In this document: one piece after another, positions 1-9,625 of the stretch
Position numbering within the stretch: position 1 is the first letter of the stretch
Layout: each line of letters starts with the position of its first letter
NCBI GenBank assembly: GCA_963669175.1
Contig: OY769902.1
Location: 2,432,001 to 2,496,000, forward strand
Direction: 5' to 3'
From: a bacterium
GTDB taxonomy: Bacteria; Electryoneota; Electryoneia; Electryoneales; Electryoneaceae
DNA: 64,000 nt
Translations under genes and position numbers: made by a program
Notes under the pieces: model-generated
Database searches by the model: none
The model's input: the letters and a program-made list of their open reading frames with translations, nothing else
Told to the model about the DNA's origin: nothing

Positions 1-319
1 CATCGGTATGCAGATGCGCCCCGGTCGGGAAACGCAACAGAGCAGGATCGGTTTCCGATTCACGTTCCAGCACGGCAAGTACGAAGTTCGGTTCACCTGT
101 GCTGATGAGTACCGTATCGCCCTCGGACGGTTGCAACAGGCAGCTTGCAGCGAGGTAACATTTGCCGATACCCGCATCGGTACGCACCAGGAAAAGTCCG
201 TTTTCATGCCCGATAACAGTACCGTGTTCCAGCCGTACGACTGTCTGTGCCGGAGTCGTGAGGATCGCATCCATGAGCGTGTCCTCCTTGTCTATCGAAA
301 GGTTGTTCTGGTCGTTCAT
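1..319 (-). CDS. DUF3540-family protein (T6SS TagC-like accessory), partial, runs off left edge
   Basis: Not in the ORF track. ATG at 319-317 overlaps the TGA of the upstream gene (ATGA). Translation MNDQNNLSIDKEDTLMDAILTTPAQTVVRLEHGTV...YLAASCLLQPSEGDTVLIS...VLAVLER carries the A-S-C-L-L-x-P-x-x-G-D-x-V-L motif typical of DUF3540. The position after two pentapeptide genes fits. Confidence 0.75.
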   Translation of the reverse strand, partial: MNDQNNLSIDKEDTLMDAILTTPAQTVVRLEHGTVIGHENGLFLVRTDAGIGKCYLAASCLLQPSEGDTVLISTGEPNFVLAVLERESETDPALLRFPTGAHLHTD

Positions 320-1371
320 GAGTTCACCTCAAAATCTTCTGCTTTCTGCAACTCTTTGTTGGTGCCCAGCGCCATGTTCTTGTTGGAACCATCCCAGATT
401 GTTTTGTCCTGCTTGATGCGGTGCAGGTTGGCACGGTTCAGCTTGGTTTTGCTCAGGTTTGCGCCGGACAGGTCCGAATGTGACATATCCGCGTATTCCA
501 TGTTACAGCCGCTGAAATTGGTGTTGCTGCACAGCGCAAGTTTTATCTGTGCCTGGTACAGGTTCGTACCGGAAAAATCAGCCGTAGTCAGGTCCGCTTC
601 GCCCAGGCTCACACTTGGCAGGTCAGCGTTTTTCAACGAAGCGCCTTTCATTTTGCATCCGTGAAAAACAACAGCTTTACCCTTGGCATCATCGAAGGTT
701 GCGCCTTCCAGATTACTCTCGATGAAATTCGCCTGTTGAATCGTTGCCCCGGTAAAAACAGCGCCTGAGAAGTTGGCTTTATGGGCCTGAACCATCCAGA
801 AACGGTTGTCGCTGAAATCATAACCGGACAGGTCCATTTTGTTCAGAACGGTACGGTCATAGGTACAATGATCCAACACCAGGCCGTCTGTCACAGCCTT
901 GTAAAAAACGGTACGTTTCAGATCGGCTTTCAGGAATTGCGTGTTGGTCAAAATGGTTTTAAAGAAAACGGCAAAGTACGCGTCGGTTTCCTCGAATATG
1001 GCATCAGTCAGATCCGCCTTGCCGAAATTGGTATGATGTGTTTTTGACTTGGTGAAGTTCGCGCCGACAAGGTTGGCCTTGACCAGGTTGGTCAGGCGCA
1101 GGTTCGAACGTCTGAAGCTGGCGCGTGGCGCGTTCATCTTGAACCAGTTTGCCTTCTCCAAATCAACATCTTCAATAATCGCTTCGGTCAGGTCGCATTT
1201 CCGGAAGGCTGCTCCTTTGATCTTTGATCCGGACAGGTTCGCACCGGTCAGGTTGCAGCTCATGAACGCCGCTCCGGTCAGGTCCATCCCGGATAAATCC
1301 ATCCCGGTCAAATCCTGCTTTTCGACAAAATCCCCTTCCCGGGTGATTTCCATGATCTCTTCGCGGGTCAT
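316..1371 (-). CDS. Pentapeptide repeat protein (TagB-like T6SS accessory), 351 aa
   Basis: Almost entirely A(D/N)(L/F)xx pentapeptide repeats; translationally coupled to both neighbours. Confidence 0.9.
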   Translation of the reverse strand: MTREEIMEITREGDFVEKQDLTGMDLSGMDLTGAAFMSCNLTGANLSGSKIKGAAFRKCDLTEAIIEDVDLEKANWFKMNAPRASFRRSNLRLTNLVKANLVGANFTKSKTHHTNFGKADLTDAIFEETDAYFAVFFKTILTNTQFLKADLKRTVFYKAVTDGLVLDHCTYDRTVLNKMDLSGYDFSDNRFWMVQAHKANFSGAVFTGATIQQANFIESNLEGATFDDAKGKAVVFHGCKMKGASLKNADLPSVSLGEADLTTADFSGTNLYQAQIKLALCSNTNFSGCNMEYADMSHSDLSGANLSKTKLNRANLHRIKQDKTIWDGSNKNMALGTNKELQKAEDFEVNS

Positions 1372-4300
1372 GATTTCTCCTCCCCGGATGGCAACAGATC
1401 CGTACGACCGTCCAACTTGGTCATTTTCAGGTTCGCCCCCTTGAAATTGGTATCGCCAACCTTGGCGCTCATAAACTCAGAACCGTACAGGTTGGCATTG
1501 GACAGATCCGCGTTGGTAAGTGTCGCTTTCCTGAACGAGCCCAGGTGGATATTCGCGCCTTTCAGATCTGCCCCGGTCAAATCGCTCTTGGGAAACTTGG
1601 TCGCCGGGGCCGGGATAGCGCCGAACTTTGCACCAGGCATGCGTACCGTATCAAAAGTCGTGTTCTTCATTTTCGAGCCGGTGAAATCCGCGTCGGGCAG
1701 ATCGCAATGACGCCAATGCGCCTTGTTCAGCGTGATGCCGGTAAAATCCGGTTTCTTCAGCTCGGATTCACCGCCGATACGGCTGTTGAACATATCCGCG
1801 CCCTTGAAAGACACCGTCTCGCCCTGGGTATTCCAGATCAGGGTTTTGTGCATGGTCGCCTTGTCAAAGACCACTTTATCCATCTTGCTCTGGAACAGTT
1901 TTGCACCGCTGATATCGCCCTCGCTGAAGTTGGATTCAGCGAAATCGGCGTTGGTCAGGAGCGCCTTGGGCACCTTTGCCTTGGTGAAGTTGACCTTTTT
2001 GCAGGTCGCGCCGTCAAAAATGGCTGACGTGGCATCGGCTTCTGAGAAATTGGCTTCAGTCAGGTCGGCATCCTTGAAGATGGCGCGTGTCGCCTTGGTC
2101 TTGGACAGGTTCGCGCCGGGCATTTTCGCTTTCATAAAGACAGCGCTTTCAATCGAGGCGCCTGCCAGGCTTGCCCCGGTCAAGTCCGCTTCCAGCGCTT
2201 TGGCCTTGGTCAGGTCAGCGCCATCCAGCTTGGTGTTCTGCAGGTTGGTATTCAGCAGTTTGCCGTTTTTCATGTCCGCGCCGGAAAGGTCCAGGTTAGA
2301 CAGATCCAGGTTGCTCATCTGGCGTCCGGCCAGGCTTTTACCATCCTTGTGCATCTGGATGACATCTTCACGGGTCAACGGGCCGCAATCATTCAAATCC
2401 TTGCCATGTTTGGCTGCAAGCGCCACAGCCCACTCCGGAAGCGGCAACTTCCCGCCGCCTTTTTCCTTCAAGGCTTTCATGTTGGCCAGCTTGGCCATGC
2501 CCTTGTCGTGACGATCTTTCGATTTCGCCAGCAGGGCGGCGTGTTTGTCAGCCTGGGCGTCTATTTTCGCTTCCAGATCAGGTGTCAGCTTGCCGTGTTT
2601 TTTCAACGAGGCTTTCACCTGCTTGACATTGTCTTCGCTTCCTTTCTTGAGTGCGGCGAAGGGATCATGATCCTTGGGCGGCGGTTGCTTTGCTGCTGCC
2701 AGCATTTTGTCCGCGTCCACTGCGCCGTGCTTCGATACCGCTTTCTTGATATGTTCATCGGTTTGATCACGTTTGGCGGCAAGGGCGGATTTCAGCGCAT
2801 CCCCCTGTTTCTTCATATCTGCTATCGTGTAATCCGCTACGGCTTTCGGTCCGGCAGCACGCACTTCTGGTGGGGGAGTGTTCAGCTTCAGGGTCACCGG
2901 GTTGACCGGCTTCTGCCCATGCGCCGCGATCAGCTTCTGTTTCAGTTGCGGGGGAACCTTGTCATTCTTGAGCATCTCTTCGAAGAAAGATTTCTTTTCA
3001 GCCTTGGCCGCAGCCTTCTTGGTAGCTGCCTTGGCCTGCAACGCCTGTCCTTTTGCCGCCACTTTGCTCATTTTATCGATGGATTTGCTCATCCGTGCGA
3101 ATGAAGCCCTGACCTTCTTCTTATTGACCGGCACATGCGGTGCAATTTCATCTTTCACTTTCATTGTGGTTTCAAAGGAGGCTGAAATTCCTGCCAGCAC
3201 TCCAGCCATTTTCGCTGCCAGCGCCTGGGGATCGAAATTGGGATCCGGTTTGGAAAAGTTGAGACTGAGCAATTGATCCTTTTTCGCTTCCAGTTTTGCT
3301 TTTACCTCAGCGACTTTGACTTTGATATCTTCCGCGTCCTTCTTCGCAGCTTCTATCTTTTCCATGTCGATATCAACCGCACGATCCAGCTTTTTACGCA
3401 AGGCCGCCAGGTATTCTTCCATGGGTTTGGCTGGATCGGCCTGGCTTTCACAGTTCATATGAATGACAGCCACATCCAGCGCTTCGCTGTCCATAACTTC
3501 GGCCATGCCACGGCTGATCAGGATGCCCCGCTCATGATGAGGGAACAGCCAGACCGTGTCCATGTCCATCTTGATTTCCTTATACAGGAAAGGCGCATCG
3601 GCCGGCACAGGATGCGGCGCTTCCGTCTGGTCCGGGGTCTGGAATACGAAAATGCGCGGACGGATGCGTGGGACATTACCACCAACCACCGGTTTGTCCG
3701 GGTGCATACGGATACATTCGAACGGTTCGCCACCTTTCAGATAACCGGGCAACCACTGATCCGTAGGGGCGGCATTGAAGAAGGTCCAGTCCATATCTTC
3801 CGGGTAATAGGGGAAGCGTGTCCTGAACCAGGTATTATCATAGGTACCCAGTTTTTTCTGACGATAGGGATGCATGAAATCAAGCGGGGTGAATAGCGCC
3901 GGATCGGGTTTGTCCGAGGGCGCGCCGATCAGACGTCCGGGCAATTCAACATTGGGCAATGGAAGCAGTTGTTTATCGTTGCCCACATCCACCGGGACAG
4001 TTCCCTTGCCCATCATGTTTCGGGCATCTTCCGGCCCACCAAAAGCATGGGCCGCATCAACCGGCATTTCCGTAAATGGTTCAGGGTCCGTGATTACTGT
4101 AACACCAGCCGTATCCTTCCAATAGCGATCACCGAAAACCTGGAGTTTCTTCTCTACCGGTCCGAACCGGAATTCGACTTCCGATGCCGGAACCGGGGTT
4201 CCGCCGGTTGCATAGCAGTTGCCCTTGACCAAGACTTCGGCGGTCGTTTTCGGCATGCCATGATCCAGGGGGGAATCCGGGATCTCAGCAGGGACCAGCT

Positions 4301-4442
4301 TCCACAAATCCTGTTCCTGTAGCAGAGTCTTGGGGTCATCAAAGGCAAAGAAAACCAGGTGGCTGATGACCATATAGTGCTTATCCTGAATACCGAAATA
4401 GTTCAACAGGATGGACTGATCGTTTTCTTTGATGACTTTCAT
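1368..4442 (-). CDS. DUF2169 + Lys/Ala-rich insert + pentapeptide repeat protein (TagAB-like T6SS adaptor), 1024 aa
   Basis: N-terminal DUF2169 motifs (LDHGMPKTTAEVLVKG, KKLQVFGDRYW, GTYDNTW..TRFPYYPEDMDWTFFNAAP.DQ, MDTVWLFP); ~330-aa C-terminal pentapeptide repeat region. Confidence 0.88.
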   Translation of the reverse strand: MKVIKENDQSILLNYFGIQDKHYMVISHLVFFAFDDPKTLLQEQDLWKLVPAEIPDSPLDHGMPKTTAEVLVKGNCYATGGTPVPASEVEFRFGPVEKKLQVFGDRYWKDTAGVTVITDPEPFTEMPVDAAHAFGGPEDARNMMGKGTVPVDVGNDKQLLPLPNVELPGRLIGAPSDKPDPALFTPLDFMHPYRQKKLGTYDNTWFRTRFPYYPEDMDWTFFNAAPTDQWLPGYLKGGEPFECIRMHPDKPVVGGNVPRIRPRIFVFQTPDQTEAPHPVPADAPFLYKEIKMDMDTVWLFPHHERGILISRGMAEVMDSEALDVAVIHMNCESQADPAKPMEEYLAALRKKLDRAVDIDMEKIEAAKKDAEDIKVKVAEVKAKLEAKKDQLLSLNFSKPDPNFDPQALAAKMAGVLAGISASFETTMKVKDEIAPHVPVNKKKVRASFARMSKSIDKMSKVAAKGQALQAKAATKKAAAKAEKKSFFEEMLKNDKVPPQLKQKLIAAHGQKPVNPVTLKLNTPPPEVRAAGPKAVADYTIADMKKQGDALKSALAAKRDQTDEHIKKAVSKHGAVDADKMLAAAKQPPPKDHDPFAALKKGSEDNVKQVKASLKKHGKLTPDLEAKIDAQADKHAALLAKSKDRHDKGMAKLANMKALKEKGGGKLPLPEWAVALAAKHGKDLNDCGPLTREDVIQMHKDGKSLAGRQMSNLDLSNLDLSGADMKNGKLLNTNLQNTKLDGADLTKAKALEADLTGASLAGASIESAVFMKAKMPGANLSKTKATRAIFKDADLTEANFSEADATSAIFDGATCKKVNFTKAKVPKALLTNADFAESNFSEGDISGAKLFQSKMDKVVFDKATMHKTLIWNTQGETVSFKGADMFNSRIGGESELKKPDFTGITLNKAHWRHCDLPDADFTGSKMKNTTFDTVRMPGAKFGAIPAPATKFPKSDLTGADLKGANIHLGSFRKATLTNADLSNANLYGSEFMSAKVGDTNFKGANLKMTKLDGRTDLLPSGEEKS

Positions 4443-4480
4443 GAAAATCCTCTATCAAGGTCCACTAGTGAATGGATCCA

Positions 4481-7270
4481 CTAGAGCTTGGCCGTTACGG
4501 TATCAACTGTTTTGAGACTTACTTCGGCTTCATGTGTAAGCAACGTCGCCACACGTTGTGTCAGCGCTTCCATCTCTTGCTGCATTTCGCTGGTTTGTTG
4601 CTTGATCAGGTCAACATCCTGCCGTAACGCATGGATTTCCTGACCGCTTTCCATGATTCTCTCAAAGATGGTAAAGGAATGCAGACGGGAAGCCTCTCCT
4701 TTCGAAACCTCTTGGTTTGCCTCGGTGACAATTGGGCTCAGGTCTGAGGCGGCGCCATTCATCTGGCTCTCTTCTTCGGTCAGCTCGTCAATGGCTCCGG
4801 CTACTGTATCCTTTTCACCATCGGCAGTCGTTGTGGCTTCGGCCAGCCTGGTGTTGAGTTCGTTGATTTCCTGCTGCATCTCATCAATCTTTTCGCTGGT
4901 TTCATGCATCTTTTCATGAGCAGCATGAACATCCTCTTTTTCAAACTTCATTTCCTTGAAGTCAAATTTGTATTCATTGGCAAAACCGCTTACCATTTTG
5001 AGAAAATGCCCGAGATTTACACGTTCTTCCAGCGCACCCACGAAAGCAAATTCATTAAGAATCACTATCTTTATATAGACACCGCAGTGTATGGTAAACT
5101 CACCTTTGGTGTTGATGATAACGCCACGTTTTTCGGCCTCTTCTTCTTCCTCATCTTCGTCTTCGTCTTCGTCTTCGTCTTCTTCCTCCTCGTCATCATC
5201 ATCGTCGTCGTCGTCATCATCATCATCATCATCGCCATCATCGCCACCGTCGTCATCACCACCGTCGTCATCGCCGCCGTCGTCGTCGCCACCGTCGTCA
5301 TCGCCACCGTCGTCATCGCCGCCGTCGTCATCGCCGCCGTCGTCATCGCCGCCGTCGTCATCGCCGCCGTCGTCATCGCCGCCGTCGTCATCGCCGCCGT
5401 CGTCATCACCGCCGTCGTCATCGCCGCCGTCGTCATCACCGCCGTCGTCACCTTCGTCGCCGCCACCGCCGTCATCGCCGCCGTCGTCATCGTCGCCGTC
5501 GTCATCGCCACCGTCGTCATCGCCACCGTCACCACCTTCGTCGCCGCCACCGCCGTCACCGTCTCCATCATCCCCGGGGTTATCCAAGCTCCCTTCATCG
5601 TCATCATCTTCCGGGGCTGTGGTATCCATGGCCGAGACACTTTGATTTGACGGTTTATCATAAGCTCCTTGTGCAGGTGAAGCATTATCTGGACTGGAGT
5701 CGGAATCGTCGTCATCTCCTCGCGGATCGAATTTGTAGCCGATGGTCATGAATGTCTTCTGGTTGGGGACATGGAGGTGCATATGTTGGGAGCCCTCTTT
5801 GTCCTCCATGTGCATTTCATTTCCCGATCCTGTTTTCATCTTGCCCTGGGTCTGGTTGTCACCGGTGACCATACTGGCTGTTTCCGGGTTGGGCACCGTG
5901 CCAAGGATTACTGGTTTATCGGGATTACCGTCGATAAATCCTATTGTTACTTCGGTATCTTTGTGGAGTGGGAAATGCCAGCCGTGATCTGATCCTGCGT
6001 ACGGTTGCATCATTCGTAAATAACAACTTGCTTTCCCGCCGCTGAGTCCTGACTGATCAAAGGGCATTTTTACCTTGTAGCGTCCCTGCTCATCCAGTTC
6101 CGCATATTTCCCGCTTCCGGCAGCATCAATCTTTGCCTGAATTGTTCCATATACCCTGGTTGCATCTGTTTTCTTTTCAGGACGAAACTGCACTTCTGCC
6201 GGGATTGCGGTAAAACGGCAACTGAAGCGCTGTTTCTGCTCGCCGTCGCCATCATTCACGCTGACTCCGTCCAGTAGGTGGATAGCATGGCTTCCTTCCA
6301 GATGGACATCAGTGACCATATAGCTCCGGTTCATGTCCTCCCGGAAGTGATCAAACAGGGTGAAGGTAAAACCGGTACGGATTCCTGTTGCTGTGCTTTC
6401 GCCATGATAGAGGTCGCGACGACACAACCATTCTTCACGTCGGATCCTGGCCAGACGATTGCCTTGATCAGGGGTCTTAAAATTCTCGCCATATGAGTAC
6501 ACCATCCCCATTCCGGCCGCATCAATAGCTGATTCGGCTGTCAGGTCCAGCAACGGGGTTTCGTAGTTATACCCCTTGAGCTGAACTTTGCCCGGGATGA
6601 GACGACGCTTGTGACGGAAATTGAGGATTACCTGCTCACGTTGGAGTGTGTCCATCCCTGAAGGGGGGGAGTAGCGCAGTTGAGGCGTCTGGGCAACCGG
6701 CTTGTGAGCAATGCGGGTGTCGGTGAAAACAACACGCTCAACCGGACCATCCTGCTCGAAGAAATAATAAATGCCTTCAAACTCAAGCCATCTGTGCAGG
6801 AAATGCAGGTGGCTTTCATTGTACTGGCAAACATATTCATACGTTGGATACTCATTTTGCAGTCGGATGTCGTAATCCTGACGGGTGAATTTTGCGTCTT
6901 TCAGGATATCTTCCAGAATCTGCTTGATGGATTTGTTGAGAAAGATCTGGTTGTGGCGTGTATTGGCCAACCACCAGAGACGTGGAACAAGCTGTACTTC
7001 ATAGAGGTATTTGTCCTTCAATTCCCTGAGATGTAACGCAGAAGCGGTGATGCCATGATAGTGAATATCTTCTGTCGCTGTCTTGATTGTGATCGTGGCA
7101 TGCTGATTTACCACCGAATCCAAGTCTATATCCGGATTGTCAGAGATCAATGTGAGCGTGAACTCGTACGGCACAGAGAGCGCTTCACGCCCTTTCAGGT
7201 CAACGACTGTAAACGTGTTGGCTGGCAGTTTCCCGACGGAAAAATCAAATATTTTATCAGTACTCAGCAC
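4481..7270 (-). CDS. vgrG: Type VI secretion spike protein VgrG/TssI (third in operon) with polyacidic insert
   Basis: gp27/gp5-like motifs (GREALSVPYEF, YVCQYNESHLHFLHRWLEFEGIYYFF, ELDEQGRYKVKMPFD, MQPYAG..HGWHFPL....EV...F.DG.PD.P); GTG start with GGAGG RBS. Confidence 0.92.
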   Translation of the reverse strand: MLSTDKIFDFSVGKLPANTFTVVDLKGREALSVPYEFTLTLISDNPDIDLDSVVNQHATITIKTATEDIHYHGITASALHLRELKDKYLYEVQLVPRLWWLANTRHNQIFLNKSIKQILEDILKDAKFTRQDYDIRLQNEYPTYEYVCQYNESHLHFLHRWLEFEGIYYFFEQDGPVERVVFTDTRIAHKPVAQTPQLRYSPPSGMDTLQREQVILNFRHKRRLIPGKVQLKGYNYETPLLDLTAESAIDAAGMGMVYSYGENFKTPDQGNRLARIRREEWLCRRDLYHGESTATGIRTGFTFTLFDHFREDMNRSYMVTDVHLEGSHAIHLLDGVSVNDGDGEQKQRFSCRFTAIPAEVQFRPEKKTDATRVYGTIQAKIDAAGSGKYAELDEQGRYKVKMPFDQSGLSGGKASCYLRMMQPYAGSDHGWHFPLHKDTEVTIGFIDGNPDKPVILGTVPNPETASMVTGDNQTQGKMKTGSGNEMHMEDKEGSQHMHLHVPNQKTFMTIGYKFDPRGDDDDSDSSPDNASPAQGAYDKPSNQSVSAMDTTAPEDDDDEGSLDNPGDDGDGDGGGGDEGGDGGDDDGGDDDGDDDDGGDDGGGGDEGDDGGDDDGGDDDGGDDDGGDDDGGDDDGGDDDGGDDDGGDDDGGDDDGGDDDGGDDDGGDDDGGDDDGGDDGDDDDDDDDDDDDDDEEEEDEDEDEDEDEEEEEAEKRGVIINTKGEFTIHCGVYIKIVILNEFAFVGALEERVNLGHFLKMVSGFANEYKFDFKEMKFEKEDVHAAHEKMHETSEKIDEMQQEINELNTRLAEATTTADGEKDTVAGAIDELTEEESQMNGAASDLSPIVTEANQEVSKGEASRLHSFTIFERIMESGQEIHALRQDVDLIKQQTSEMQQEMEALTQRVATLLTHEAEVSLKTVDTVTAKL
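5138..5720 (-). repeat. Low-complexity D/E/G coding tract within vgrG, including ~13 tandem 15-bp units encoding DDDGG (about 5243-5447)
   Basis: Plus-strand (gccgccgtcgtcatc)n with synonymous variants, bordered by (tca/tcg/tct)n trinucleotide runs encoding poly-Asp and poly-Glu. Confidence 0.95.
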
Positions 7271-7273
7271 TTT

Positions 7274-9592
7274 TTATCCCTCCTCGAGAATTTCTGCCGT
7301 AACCGAATGGAGTGCACTCATTGCGCTCTGCAATGTTGTCATCAATTGCTGCATCTCTGCCATTTGTGACTTGATCGTACTCACTGCTGTTTTCTGGCCG
7401 GCTACTTCTGTGTTCATTTCAGCCATTTCATCAACACAGGTTTTCATACCGGCCTCATTTATCCGGATTGTGTCCAGTGAGTCGGCTATCGTAGTCTTAA
7501 GATCATTCAGATATTCCTTTGTGCCATCGATTTTTTCCTTCGCTTGCGTCATCTTGGTTTCCGCGCCCGCAACCAGGGAACGTGAACCTTCCAGCCGTTC
7601 TTCCGTCTCAGCCACTGTCTGTTTGATCCCATCAATCTTGCTGGTTGATTCGGAAATCGTTTCTTTCGTTTCGCTGATATTTGTTTTTAATCCATTTACT
7701 TTATTATGAAGTTCATTCATGTCGGTGTGTACCCATTTATTGTCCGTATGGCTGGTGCATTCCAGCTCATCACGGCGTCCTCCAAGGAAACGCAGCATGA
7801 ACGGGGTGTTGATTTTTTCCTCAAAGCCACCGATAAAGACCATCTTTTCAATGAGGGCCAGGCTGTTTTTAGTAGCGGCTTCAATCTCCAGCTTGGCGCC
7901 CGCCCCAAGGGTGATGCCATGTTTTTTCAAGTCAGGCGCAAGGTCAAAATTCTTATGCAGGTTGTAGAACCACTTGGCAATGGTCTCTAGGGCTTCCCCT
8001 TGCGCCTGGGATGACTGTTGATCTGTATACATTCCCGGCGGAGGATCGTTGGGAGCGCCGATGCGTAAAAAAGAACTTGTCGCCGGGACATGGAACTGTA
8101 TGCGTTCTTCGCCCTGCTTATCTTCGAAATGCAGCTCGTTCCCTGAAGATGACCGTAGCCGTGAACGTGTCTGGTTGTCTGAATCAACCAGGCTGGGAGA
8201 TCGAGGATTTGGTGCGCTTCCGGCGATGATAGGCCGATCCGGGTCGCCATTGGTGAAAGCAATCAGGACTTCCGCGCCACGATGCAGCGGCATGTGCATG
8301 CCATGTCCGGAACCACCATAAGGTTGAATCCGTCGCAACCAGGTACTCGCTTTACCATCCTTACGGTCGGACAGATCGAATGGGAAAATGACTTTGTAAC
8401 GGCCCTGTTCATCCAGTTCCGCGTATTGACCGCTTCCGGCAGAATCGATCCAGCCCTGTATGGTGCCGTTGATCCTGGCTTTCGGGGTTTTTATCTCCGG
8501 ACGGAACTGAATATCGGATGGAATCGCCGTAAACGTATTCCTGTAATAAGGCGCCTTTTCAACTTCTGAAAGTTCGTTCTTCAGTCCGGCCACAAAGTAA
8601 GCGACCTGGTCACCTTCCATGTGGATGTCAGTTGTCAGGAAAGAACGATTCAAAGCATCACGATAGTGTCCGGTCATTTCAAAAACGAAACCGGGCAGGA
8701 TATAGGGGACAGAACTTTCCCCGTAGTACGTATCCTTTCTACAGGCCAGCTCTTCGGCACGGATCTTCGCCAAGCGAGTCCCTTCGTCCGGGGTTAGGAA
8801 GTACTCCCCGTAAGTAGTCATCTCGCCACGCCCGTTCTGATCCACATCGGCTTCCCCGATCATCGGGAGCGTCGGTTTTTCAAAGTTGTAGTCGCGGAGA
8901 GTTACTTTCTGAGGAATGAGTCGTTTTCGCTGACTGAAAACTCGAACGACCTCATCACGATGCAGGTTATCCAGGCCAGATGGGGTGGAGTATATAACCT
9001 TCGTGCCTTCTGATGCAGGCGCATGAGCTGTGCGTGTGTCGGTAAAGATGACCTTTTCGGTATCCTGACTGTGGTCGAAATAGTAGTAGATACCTTCACG
9101 TTCGCACCAGCGATTGATAAAATTGAAATGGCTTTCGCCATATTGACAGACAAACTTGTGACCGGGATGATCCTGCTGCAAGCGGAAATCATAGGCAGAT
9201 GATTCAATACGTGCGTCTTTCAGCACTCCGGACAACATTGTCTTCACATCCTGATCGAGGAATACCTGGTTGTGATGGGTATGGGACAACCACGAAAATC
9301 GCGGGGCCAGTTCCACGGTAAACTGGGCATATTCCTGGACAGTACGGTCATATTCCGCATGGGTTACGATCCCGTGGAAAGTCACATCCTGGTCGTCTCG
9401 ATGGATTATAAAACGAGCCGGACGATTGACCAGTTTTTCCGGGTCCATCGTGGCATCCGTAGTCAACAGGTGAATGGTGAAATGATACGGCTTGGATAAT
9501 GCCGCTTCTCCTGTGAAACGGACCACGAAAAAACTGTCATCTGTTCCGCTGCCTGAATAGAAGCTGAATTTTCTGTTGACAAGAATACTCAT
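7274..9592 (-). CDS. vgrG: Type VI secretion spike protein VgrG/TssI (second in operon)
   Basis: FVCQYGESHFNFINRWCEREGIYYYF, ELDEQGRYKVIFPFD, QPYGG..HGMHMPLHRGAEVL..F.NGDPDRP; heptad-periodic C-terminal tail. Confidence 0.92.
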   Translation of the reverse strand: MSILVNRKFSFYSGSGTDDSFFVVRFTGEAALSKPYHFTIHLLTTDATMDPEKLVNRPARFIIHRDDQDVTFHGIVTHAEYDRTVQEYAQFTVELAPRFSWLSHTHHNQVFLDQDVKTMLSGVLKDARIESSAYDFRLQQDHPGHKFVCQYGESHFNFINRWCEREGIYYYFDHSQDTEKVIFTDTRTAHAPASEGTKVIYSTPSGLDNLHRDEVVRVFSQRKRLIPQKVTLRDYNFEKPTLPMIGEADVDQNGRGEMTTYGEYFLTPDEGTRLAKIRAEELACRKDTYYGESSVPYILPGFVFEMTGHYRDALNRSFLTTDIHMEGDQVAYFVAGLKNELSEVEKAPYYRNTFTAIPSDIQFRPEIKTPKARINGTIQGWIDSAGSGQYAELDEQGRYKVIFPFDLSDRKDGKASTWLRRIQPYGGSGHGMHMPLHRGAEVLIAFTNGDPDRPIIAGSAPNPRSPSLVDSDNQTRSRLRSSSGNELHFEDKQGEERIQFHVPATSSFLRIGAPNDPPPGMYTDQQSSQAQGEALETIAKWFYNLHKNFDLAPDLKKHGITLGAGAKLEIEAATKNSLALIEKMVFIGGFEEKINTPFMLRFLGGRRDELECTSHTDNKWVHTDMNELHNKVNGLKTNISETKETISESTSKIDGIKQTVAETEERLEGSRSLVAGAETKMTQAKEKIDGTKEYLNDLKTTIADSLDTIRINEAGMKTCVDEMAEMNTEVAGQKTAVSTIKSQMAEMQQLMTTLQSAMSALHSVTAEILEEG

Positions 9593-9625
9593 GGGTGTTT
9601 CCTTGTATTCTAACAGTCCACCGGA

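Noticed and set aside
8-664. 218-aa plus-strand ORF and other plus-strand ORFs across 1-4400
   Set aside because: Antisense shadows of the pentapeptide, DUF2169 and DUF3540 genes.
4904-5715. Alternative-frame ORFs rich in Ser/Pro, Val/Ile/Ala or Met/Thr
   Set aside because: Shadows of the DDDGG repeat inside vgrG.
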